Part shown: in pieces, positions 10,201 to 16,204 of the stretch
Numbering within the stretch: position 1 is the stretch's first letter
Layout: every line of letters begins with the position of its first letter
Assembly: GCA_040326155.1 (NCBI GenBank)
Contig: JBEQLE010000069.1
Span: 1 to 23,764, forward strand
Length of the DNA: 23,764 nucleotides
Reading direction: 5' to 3'
DNA from: Leptospirales bacterium
Lineage (GTDB): Bacteria; Spirochaetota; Leptospiria; Turneriellales; JAOUFE01
The notes under the pieces: model-generated
Seen by the model: the letters and a program-made list of their open reading frames with translations, nothing else
Told to the model about the DNA's origin: nothing
Databases searched by the model: none
Translations under genes and position numbers: made by a program

Positions 10201-10302
10201 GCCTATGAGATTACCGATAAAGGCGAGATTAAACTTCAAGAGAGTGGAAAAATCGTATCAAAGAAATTGATTCTCGATTCACTGAATAGTATCGATATTT
10301 AA
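4297..10302 (+). CDS. Single-chain multidomain biotin-dependent acyl-CoA (probably acetyl-CoA) carboxylase, 2001 aa
   Basis: BC motifs: KVLVANRGEIA, GGGGKGM, RKCAVQRRNQKVVEE, FLEMNARLQVEHPVT, YDPMIGKVIV. BCCP: AMKM (biotinyl-Lys678). A central region of about 500 aa follows. CT motifs: NDGAGANIKEG, LTGSNVIKSVTGE, ITGLARLNGETVGIIADQP, APGFVPGTKQE, NFGG. Acetyl-CoA specificity is inferred from the adjacent FAS II operon. Confidence 0.93.
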   Translation: MLKKIEDSLENLKIINSRYAEIRTKVSKRTHKLQKVLVANRGEIAKRFFLSLREEGIPSVAIVTDVDLGQSWYEQADEVVVIGEVRNYTNISIVIAAALLVKANAIYPGYGFLSEEATFVEAIRDASKEYKHEMMFMGPDASIMHKVGDKLAARKLAKEQGVPLFEGSEALPDGSEALIAADKIGYPVIVKLTSGGGGKGMMPVHSESGLYLAIEYCQRMGRQLYNSDVFYLEKFIERPVHMEVQIFNGTAIGIRKCAVQRRNQKVVEESGEGFLDSHTILSMLAAAENMADISGYSAGAGAGTVEFLFDPDSAKFGFLEMNARLQVEHPVTDQSVGIDLAKWQILYFDGRDNEIPYQLALKRRFVEKLHSIEARIYAEDPENDYAPAPGKIQELELPTFNGIRSDFGFKKGDLILPHYDPMIGKVIVEGATRAEAITRLERALSELYIKGVLTNVNQLLKIVRHSEFKTGNYTNRLLQDHRSLESGEPDEKEGLLAAVFGALAENARYIKEGTTQAFISGDLENSIHALRLRRLPISYNVKLYNQDYEIELLQTSLAVYYVSVNGEYLGEVEQLPRLEGNDDYLVRFGVQYYPIRIDRKPSFSVLRMQDDEGKIHYYKLNIVAQGAGDKVDPEGMMRAPFQSTFVAFAKDENLKRDRLSEGSIVKKGDPILIIAAMKMETTLFAPISGKVSYLVEDGDLSKLEVGKTPDGLVIGKSLVEGEILYTIEPELDSKAEEKEAAKPVARKSPGNHPLDLLYEDSIFERVNKKPTEVIPVVLMLAASHFQGFLPDDKIISRVSEVLGKIDPKSFAKCDSEILQTKIGEIIAFYTNVKKIFSPTLDTNLSFFGELNRFVSQWGDDTAPPSYAFRMTLNQLFKAYGILDWNIKSSSDSSTVKLAFFNILRAHGACTGFPDVIRSLVEIISYVKNPSKRIVSLLKGLVLQEQSERDDSLAVYTARLIRDLDGPQISRDIIPIISRKYIPEFRQHMTEIYHTFPGHKPDELEAKISASLKTPESDLIGDGLPEWFHLELSERTEKLSKSIKLKRLYSPFKEVVIYLAENKKNKKKRYFALSYVAKVDLEKDERGKVISSESTERACIHTTQVVRAYHQMKPLDENWVEVFACSNSIPMDIGSLDTGVLSYHGLARTGLTILRFFTDVAITRTTVHIDAENPYDKQVRRKSILLNRHKGQLKLDFLIDRDESNPYFDGEPNPREQRLFDREKWPIDIWVKESFDPGTSTEITIASIDERQWINPKTDKEEIKPVGGKIFIGHLNKTPALYYLKDSRIAGGASGNLEGLKYAAATYIAYRKNIPLYVWNDGAGANIKEGVVSLNRAAQGFMMNALLGGRASEEVFNRYTENSADPELSKLFQEVDRLESVHAIESGTGYFVTGVGIGSSTGLDVYGSSQMAVQLMVDSRESYRVLTGSNVIKSVTGEDLTNYEIGGARVMGKWTGTVDLIAQNKLHLLNQIRSIQKVFVDQRMLSSIQRVEESTKDSNSVDTPDVLNYQIIRRNSDEGYFLPMKEEFFGSGSTLGGFVRLGGRTTLVMGPRTNFGIRSFASITKAKELLVIAHKTGANQILLYGENWYHETVLEDDLAIRARTDFLRLLNKRQGIRVHIITHRDGLHRVTMNSSADALIYVNKDEISTRDYEVIRKTATFIVDTIEEAFDISHKIFNLLDPVGKVKVEKPNAAPTLPEDTSLPFDMVANIIERTVDKDSYIEFYSKMNNPTQGPSLITGLARLNGETVGIIADQPVIMGGAPDAPGTEKFRFFTEFLEKNSIPLLMLSNAPGFVPGTKQERLRIQQIGAESLDVNVLSQIPVVSVVLNQNFGGRQIHSFSKDLRPGIVYIAMKKAVIAVMGASASFDLFMGPKYQELLSGGKTKEANELKKKYVEEYNNKAAASNDAYKTGVLDWVMDDLKELRDHLMKGLVEAKRRVNEIFKSRFAGMKEEEKDEVAVRRILELKNVAYEITDKGEIKLQESGKIVSKKLILDSLNSIDI

Positions 10303-10952
10303 TTCTCTGTATTGCAAACGGCGACAAAACAGAACCGTCCGTGGTGACTTAAAGAAAGAGTCAAAGCAGGTTGCGGGCGGTTTTCGCAATGAATAACAGG
10401 TGCGAATCGAGGTGATGCGGAAGTTTTTACGATCGTTACATCCGATAAGCCGATTTCATTTTCAAGCAGCCAGAGAGCGTAGCAGTGACACAAACGGGAC
10501 TCTTCTGAATAACTATTTACTTTTTTACGGTAGGCTGAAAGTTCCTTCATGTCTTGAATTGTGTCAAATTTCGAAATCCACTGTTTATACTTCATTTGTT
10601 TTGATGAGTTAAGACAGACGGAGGCTACATATTCAGATGTTTCGAAGTTCTTAACCGGGTAAGATGCATTTTTGTATGTAACAATTTCTCGCTCCAGAAA
10701 TACTTCAAACTTTATGGGGGAGAACAAGGTGTCGGAATTAAACCGGGCAAGAGCTTTAAAAGTGGACTCTTTAGCGGCCCACATGGCCCAGGCTGTTTTT
10801 TCTTTTTGGGGACTGTTTTGGATATGACGAATTTCGTTTGCGGTAAAGACCCGCTCTATAAATTTGCTGTTTTGCAATACGTCGAGTGAATCAGAATCGA
10901 ATAAATCGACAATATCATTCCCGATTGCCAGTTTTTTCGCGGAAATATTCAT
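10299..10952 (-). CDS. 4'-phosphopantetheinyl transferase (ACPS superfamily)
   Basis: IGNDIVD, FIERVFTANE, WAAKESTFKA and the C-terminal LSLSHHG; last gene of the ACP operon. Confidence 0.92.
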   Translation of the reverse strand: MNISAKKLAIGNDIVDLFDSDSLDVLQNSKFIERVFTANEIRHIQNSPQKEKTAWAMWAAKESTFKALARFNSDTLFSPIKFEVFLEREIVTYKNASYPVKNFETSEYVASVCLNSSKQMKYKQWISKFDTIQDMKELSAYRKKVNSYSEESRLCHCYALWLLENEIGLSDVTIVKTSASPRFAPVIHCENRPQPALTLSLSHHGRFCFVAVCNTEN

Positions 10953-11712
10953 CCTCCATTTTCTTGAGGGTTTCCATAATCTGTAGACTCAAGTCGCGAT
11001 GAGCGCGTAAACCGGTATGTTTGGTTTTAGGGTAGAACTCCTGAAATTTAACGGTAAACGTTTCGCCTTTAATAGGAAGTTCCGAGTAGCCCTCTTGGGC
11101 ATCGCCCCGCATGTACACACACACAGCTTTCAGGTTCGGCACTTCACTTATAAGTTTTCCGACACCGTATCGAATATTGTCCATATCGATTCGAGCCGTG
11201 CGACTTCTACCGCCTTCAGGAAAATAGGTAAAAACATGCCCTTTTTTCATCAGGTATATGGTTTTGTGCAACACCATGTCGTGGTGTTTTTTTGAACCGG
11301 CCCTGTCGACAGGTATACATTTACCCAGATAGGTAATTAACCTACGTGTTATTGTGTTTTTAAAGTTTTCTACAGCTGGAATATTCCATGTCAATTTTTT
11401 ATAATGGGCTGCGTAAAAGGGCATTTTGGCGGCGGCCCAGATAAAGATATTTGAATCCATCATCGTTAAATGATTGGTGCATAGCAAAACAGGATCTTTT
11501 GTCGTGACCAGTTTCTTGTACGCAGCTTTTACTTCTTTAGAATTGCGTAATTTATATTTCAATATAAATCGGAAGATGAAATTAATTACATAGCCAAGCG
11601 GTACTGTAAAAAGCCATCCTAGAAAAATTTGTACAGCTAGACTTCTGTACTCTTTTTTCAACTCTTTTTTAGAGAAAGAGGTTAGTGACGAGTTATCGGT
11701 TTCTTTTTTCAT
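10915..11712 (-). CDS. Lysophospholipid acyltransferase (PlsC family)
   Basis: Catalytic HxxxxD (NHLTMMD), IPVDR and FPEGGRS; N-terminal hydrophobic segment. Confidence 0.9.
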   Translation of the reverse strand: MKKETDNSSLTSFSKKELKKEYRSLAVQIFLGWLFTVPLGYVINFIFRFILKYKLRNSKEVKAAYKKLVTTKDPVLLCTNHLTMMDSNIFIWAAAKMPFYAAHYKKLTWNIPAVENFKNTITRRLITYLGKCIPVDRAGSKKHHDMVLHKTIYLMKKGHVFTYFPEGGRSRTARIDMDNIRYGVGKLISEVPNLKAVCVYMRGDAQEGYSELPIKGETFTVKFQEFYPKTKHTGLRAHRDLSLQIMETLKKMEDEYFREKTGNRE

Positions 11713-11721
11713 CGATTAGAT

Positions 11722-11765
11722 TATAAAAGATGAAACAGTTTTTGAGTTCTCTTTCATCTTTTATA
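11722..11765 (-). terminator. Perfect 14-bp inverted repeat between ACP and acyltransferase genes (mRNA stem-loop or partial terminator)
   Basis: TATAAAAGATGAAA (11722-11735) and TTTCATCTTTTATA (11752-11765), 16-nt loop, 14 nt after the ACP stop. The function is inferred. Confidence 0.55.
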
Positions 11766-11779
11766 TCAATGTTTAAGTA

Positions 11780-12025
11780 TTAGATTTTCGCTGTAATGAG
11801 CTCAATTGCAGCTCCAACAGATTCGACTTTATCCGCTTCGTCATCAGCGATTTCTATATCAAACTCGTCTTCCATTGCAAGAATGATATCGACCAAACGG
11901 GACGAATTAACTTGCAGATCGGTTACGATGTTAGTTTCTTTCTTGATTTCCTTTAAGGCGTCCTGGTTCCGTACATAAGGCTCCAGGATTTTCACTACTT
12001 TGTCAAAAATTTCTTGTTCGTTCAT
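11780..12025 (-). CDS. acpP: Acyl carrier protein with atypical NSS attachment motif
   Basis: 81-aa acidic protein DLQVNSSRLVDIILAMEDEFDIEIADDEADKVESV; strong RBS GAGGAGG before ATG 12025. Confidence 0.92.
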   Translation of the reverse strand: MNEQEIFDKVVKILEPYVRNQDALKEIKKETNIVTDLQVNSSRLVDIILAMEDEFDIEIADDEADKVESVGAAIELITAKI

Positions 12026-12060
12026 GTTTTCCTCCTCTGGTAACAATTATTCGGCAAGTC

Positions 12061-13341
12061 TTAGTCTTGCCACTTACGATATATTATACATCCGTTTACG
12101 TCGCCGAAACCGAAACTGGCTTTGGCAACAATTTTTAAATCGACATCTTTTGTTTCTTGTACAACACTATCTGCGAAGGGTTGAATATCTTCGTGAAGAT
12201 CTTCACAGTTTAATGATTTATGTACAAAACCTTTGTACAGCTGTATAATCGATGCGACAGATTCAATAGAACCGGCTGCGCCCAGGCTATGACCGATCAT
12301 GGACTTTGTGGAGTTGATGAGGGGAAGCTCACCCGGTCCTCGTCCAAGGCCTTTAGACCAGTTCATGACCTCTTTCGGGTCAGCCATCGTTGCTGTCAGG
12401 TGACCGTTAATGTAATCGACTTCTTCAGGTTTTGTATCAGCCATTTTAAGCGCATCTTGAATGCATCTTTGTACAGAAGTAGGGTTGGGGGCCGTCATGG
12501 ACCCGCCCATTCTCTGGCCACCGCAGTTAATACTTCCGCCTGTAATTTCGGCGTAAATACGGGCTCCTCTGGCTTTTGCAGACTCCAGAGTTTCAAGGTA
12601 TAAGACACCTCCGCCTGAACCGGGTATAAAACCACCGGATGAGGCACTCATAGGTCGAGAGGCTTTTTCTGGATTATCGTTACTGCTCGAACTGAGAACT
12701 TTCATTGCGTCGAACCCGCCCCAACAATATTCAGAACTACCTTCTACACCACCGGCTATCATTTTTTCAGCGTAGCCGTGTTTAATGCGATAATATGCAT
12801 CTATAATTGCTTCTGTTCCTGTATTACAAGCACTGCTGTTTGAGGAAAGCTGGTTACCAATGGCAAGTAAACCACCTACTTTAGCAGAGACGGAACTTGC
12901 CATAGTTTGTTCTACAGCTGTTGAACCCATGCGACGAACTTTACCAGCGTCTACACGCGGAACAACGAGATTTCCAATCGTGTCCATTCCACCTAAACCG
13001 GCACCAATAATTGCTCCGGTGTCCCAGTATACGGTATCATCATCAAGCTCAGGTATTTTCAGGCCTGCGTCTTTCCAGGCGTCCATACTGGCGATTCCTG
13101 CATATATCATTGCTTCGTTCATTGCTAAAAGCGATTCACTATCAAAGTAGTTGCCAAGTTTCTCTTCTAAATTTTGTGGGACTCCACCTACATTGCAAGA
13201 AAATTTCAGCTCTGCCAGTTTTTCAATAAATCGAATACCACTGACTCCATTACGAAGTGAATTTTCAAATTCGTCAAGGCCGTGGCCGTTCGATGTAATG
13301 ACGCCCATGCCGGTAACAACAACTCTTCTTATATCAGACAT
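12061..13341 (-). CDS. Beta-ketoacyl-ACP synthase (FabB/FabF family), variant motifs
   Basis: RRVVVTGMG; Cys-His-His triad in SSAC, INGHLTAT and TKSMIGHSLGAAG; C-terminal SFGFGDVNG. Confidence 0.95.
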   Translation of the reverse strand: MSDIRRVVVTGMGVITSNGHGLDEFENSLRNGVSGIRFIEKLAELKFSCNVGGVPQNLEEKLGNYFDSESLLAMNEAMIYAGIASMDAWKDAGLKIPELDDDTVYWDTGAIIGAGLGGMDTIGNLVVPRVDAGKVRRMGSTAVEQTMASSVSAKVGGLLAIGNQLSSNSSACNTGTEAIIDAYYRIKHGYAEKMIAGGVEGSSEYCWGGFDAMKVLSSSSNDNPEKASRPMSASSGGFIPGSGGGVLYLETLESAKARGARIYAEITGGSINCGGQRMGGSMTAPNPTSVQRCIQDALKMADTKPEEVDYINGHLTATMADPKEVMNWSKGLGRGPGELPLINSTKSMIGHSLGAAGSIESVASIIQLYKGFVHKSLNCEDLHEDIQPFADSVVQETKDVDLKIVAKASFGFGDVNGCIIYRKWQD

Positions 13342-13801
13342 CTTGTTTCACTCCAACTCCAGATAATGTACCTCTAGCAACGGTTTCACCATTCGCCAAT
13401 GTCATCTCGACTTTAGCTTTGATCTTTTTTCGTCGGTAAAATACTTTTTCACTTTTAACTATGACTGTGTCACCGGGTAAAACCGGCCGTTGAAATTCAA
13501 CATCGCTTTCTGCGAAAAGTGTAATAATGTTTTCATTACCATGCTCTATTGTGTTCAGGTAAATTCCCAGAGCTACAAGGCCTATCTGAGCCATAGTTTC
13601 AATAAGAATTACACCAGGTGTAATTGGGTTGCCCGGAAAATGACCTTCATAAAAGAATTCATCCGGTTTAAAAGTATATTTACCTGTTACTCCAGAATCG
13701 GTGAGTTCCACGATTTCGTCAACAAATCGAAAAGGATGTTGCTGTGGAATGGCTGATAAGACAATCTTTTTGATGTCTTCCATGGATGCTGTTTTATCCA
13801 T
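13334..13801 (-). CDS. fabZ: 3-hydroxyacyl-ACP dehydratase FabZ
   Basis: PQQHPFRFVD and GHFPGNPITPGVILIETMAQ (His/Glu dyad); 8-nt overlaps with both neighbours. Confidence 0.92.
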   Translation of the reverse strand: MDKTASMEDIKKIVLSAIPQQHPFRFVDEIVELTDSGVTGKYTFKPDEFFYEGHFPGNPITPGVILIETMAQIGLVALGIYLNTIEHGNENIITLFAESDVEFQRPVLPGDTVIVKSEKVFYRRKKIKAKVEMTLANGETVARGTLSGVGVKQDV

Positions 13802-14519
13802 ACATACCCCCGTTTACATGTAAGATCGAACCGGTTATATAGGAGCCTGACGTAGCTAAAAAGCGAACTACTTCGCCAATCTCTTCGGGAGTACCCATTC
13901 GTCCTAATGGAATTCTCTCTAAAATGGATTGTTGCAAATCGTCTGGGATTTTTTCCGTCATGTCTGTTTTAATAAACCCCGGGGCTATGGCATTAACCAG
14001 TATGTTATATTGCGATAATTCGACAGCCGCAACTTTAGTCAAGCTGTCAATGGCTGCCTTTGTCATTCCGTAAATGGATTGGGTGGGATTAGCCACCGAG
14101 CCTATTACGCTGCTCATGTTTATTATTCTTCCTGCTTTTCTTCGTATCATAAACCTGGAAAAACGTTTAATTATATACCATGTTGCTCGCATGTTTACAT
14201 CGACTGTTTTTTGAAATTCATCGAGTGTTGCTTTAAAAATTGGATTATCCATTGCGACGCCTGCATTGTTTACCAAGACGTCCAATTGACCATTGTGATC
14301 ATTTTTTATAGTATCGTAAATTTGATCGATACCTTCTGTGGTAGAAATATCCCCTTGCAGGATGAATGAATTTTCAATCGAGGAAGCTACTTCGGCAGCT
14401 TTCGATTCGCTACTATTGTAATGAATACCGACACGGAACCCAGCTTCGCCTAAAGCACGGCAGCATGCGGCTCCAATTCCTGTTCCGCCTCCGGTTACCA
14501 GGGCAAGCTTATTTTCCAT
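13794..14519 (-). CDS. fabG: 3-oxoacyl-ACP reductase FabG
   Basis: TGGGTGIG, NNAG, SSV, YGMTK (YxxxK), APGFIKTDMT, IPLGRMGTPEE, VNGGM. Confidence 0.92.
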   Translation of the reverse strand: MENKLALVTGGGTGIGAACCRALGEAGFRVGIHYNSSESKAAEVASSIENSFILQGDISTTEGIDQIYDTIKNDHNGQLDVLVNNAGVAMDNPIFKATLDEFQKTVDVNMRATWYIIKRFSRFMIRRKAGRIINMSSVIGSVANPTQSIYGMTKAAIDSLTKVAAVELSQYNILVNAIAPGFIKTDMTEKIPDDLQQSILERIPLGRMGTPEEIGEVVRFLATSGSYITGSILHVNGGMYG

Positions 14520-14585
14520 AATAGTTCCTTATAATATTTATCAATTGACGCTGCAAGAATTTCTTAATATCGAAATTTAAAAGAT

Positions 14586-14613
14586 ATGATAGAAACTCAA
14601 GACTTGCCGTCAA
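14586..14613 (-). promoter_or_regulatory. Putative internal sigma70 promoter upstream of fabG
   Basis: Minus strand TTGACG, 16-nt spacer, TATCAT, in the 111-nt fabA-fabG gap, the largest gap in the operon. Confidence 0.5.
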
Positions 14614-14630
14614 ACATTAAACACCCTTTT

Positions 14631-15236
14631 TCAAGGGGTTTGGTCTATAATTCCACCTATCGAATTCTTACTTTTGTTTGGAAAGTCGGGATAAGTAAGA
14701 CCTTTAAACAGACCGGCTTTAGCGTCTCGGACCGTATAAATATGCTCGTCATCTACAAAGACTTTTCCTGTTCCAATAGCCAGAGCTACTCCTTGTTGTT
14801 GCATGTTGCTAAAACGGCGTATATCAATTTCATATCGAACCAGTTTATTGTAGGGACGAATTTGACCCATAAATTCGACTTCTTTGCAGCCAAGGGCTCG
14901 TCCGGCTCCCGATGCTCCCATTAAAGAGCAATATAGTCCAAGTAATTGCCAAATTGCGTCTACTCCAAGGCAACCAGGCAGTACAGGATCGTTTCGAAAG
15001 TGTATTTGAAAATACCAGTCGTCAACACGAACGTCCATTTCAGCGATAATTTTACCTTTGGAACCGTTTCGGGTGATCTCGACAACGCGATCGACCATTA
15101 AAAACGGGGGTGCAGGTACCTGGGGAAACTCGTCAGGAGGATCGTCTATTAGATTCCCATTCGCGTGTCCGATTAAGTCTGCTTTAGTCAGAGATGTTTT
15201 TTTTAAGAACTCATCGTATTTGATCATTGTGTCCAC
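14631..15236 (-). CDS. fabA: 3-hydroxydecanoyl-ACP dehydratase/isomerase FabA
   Basis: PAPPFLMVDR, WYFQIHFRNDPVLPGCLGVDAIWQLLG (FabA-type His/Asp dyad) and GRALGCKEVEFMGQ. Start is GTG 15236 or ATG 15227. Confidence 0.92.
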   Translation of the reverse strand: MDTMIKYDEFLKKTSLTKADLIGHANGNLIDDPPDEFPQVPAPPFLMVDRVVEITRNGSKGKIIAEMDVRVDDWYFQIHFRNDPVLPGCLGVDAIWQLLGLYCSLMGASGAGRALGCKEVEFMGQIRPYNKLVRYEIDIRRFSNMQQQGVALAIGTGKVFVDDEHIYTVRDAKAGLFKGLTYPDFPNKSKNSIGGIIDQTP

Positions 15237-15244
15237 TTTACCTT

Positions 15245-16177
15245 TTATCCGGAGATGTGTTCTCCGCCGTCTACCCGTATAATTGTTCCGTTAATCCATT
15301 TGGACTCGTCCATCGCCATTAATTTAATAACGTTTCCGACATCTTTGGGCTCGGTAAGTCGGCCAAGTGGATTTCTCAATCGCGCATTTGCGCTAATTTG
15401 TTTGTTACCAGGTATATGGCGAAGGGCCGGAGTATCAGTTACCCCTGCCTGAATAATATTGGAACGTATGCCGTATGGTCCCATTTCTGAGGCCATGCTT
15501 CGAGACAAGGCTTCCATAGCGACCTTGGCGGCGGCCACAGCTGCATAACCTTTCCAGGCAACTTCATTGCCTTCGCTTGTGAGGCCAAACATACGGGCGT
15601 CATCTGCAAACATTTTTCTCTTAAATATATCTTTGGCCCAGGTGTAGTAGCTGGTTCCCATGGAGAAAATAGTATTTTGCAGGTCTTCATCATCGACAAG
15701 CAAGTCGTTATTGTAAATGGCGGGGTCTGCTACAGTGTGAAAAGAGTCGTTTCCTTCCTGGAAAAGTTCATTAATAGCCTGGTTAATTTTTTCAGACTCG
15801 TAGCCTGTTTTTTCAGCCAATAGTTGAGCGGCAGTTTTTCCCGGTTCTTTTAATGGAGCCAACAGTTTTAAATTTCCGAAGGCAATGGAGTGTAACAATA
15901 CGCGAACTTTGCCTTCACCCATTTTAGAGGTAAGTTCGTTGAGAACTTCGGTGCGGCCTTCTTCAGAGAGCGCATCGATATTAAATGTAATCAGTTCAAT
16001 TTTGTTTTTGCGAATTTCATCGAATTCAGCATTGATTCTTTCCATCGAGCCACGGCGGTCGCGGTGGGCGATGCATATGTTCATTCCAGCCTGGCTGAGA
16101 GCCTTGGCTGTGGCAAGTCCAAACCCGGAACTTCCTCCGAGAATAACTGCCCAATAATTTTTTCCTTGAAAACTCAT
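15245..16177 (-). CDS. Enoyl-ACP reductase-type SDR (FabI/FabL-like)
   Basis: ILGGSSGFG, LHSIA, Y-x6-K (YAAVAAAK) as in enoyl reductases, GVTDTPALRHIPG, NPLGRLT, VDGG; located in a FAS operon. Confidence 0.8.
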   Translation of the reverse strand: MSFQGKNYWAVILGGSSGFGLATAKALSQAGMNICIAHRDRRGSMERINAEFDEIRKNKIELITFNIDALSEEGRTEVLNELTSKMGEGKVRVLLHSIAFGNLKLLAPLKEPGKTAAQLLAEKTGYESEKINQAINELFQEGNDSFHTVADPAIYNNDLLVDDEDLQNTIFSMGTSYYTWAKDIFKRKMFADDARMFGLTSEGNEVAWKGYAAVAAAKVAMEALSRSMASEMGPYGIRSNIIQAGVTDTPALRHIPGNKQISANARLRNPLGRLTEPKDVGNVIKLMAMDESKWINGTIIRVDGGEHISG

Positions 16178-16204
16178 ATTGTTCCTCCGTATTTCATTGT
16201 GCTT

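Noticed and set aside
4297..10302. Pyruvate carboxylase or urea carboxylase
   Set aside because: The BCCP is internal and the C-terminal part has crotonase-type acyl-CoA CT motifs, not a TIM-barrel pyruvate CT or urea carboxylase domains.
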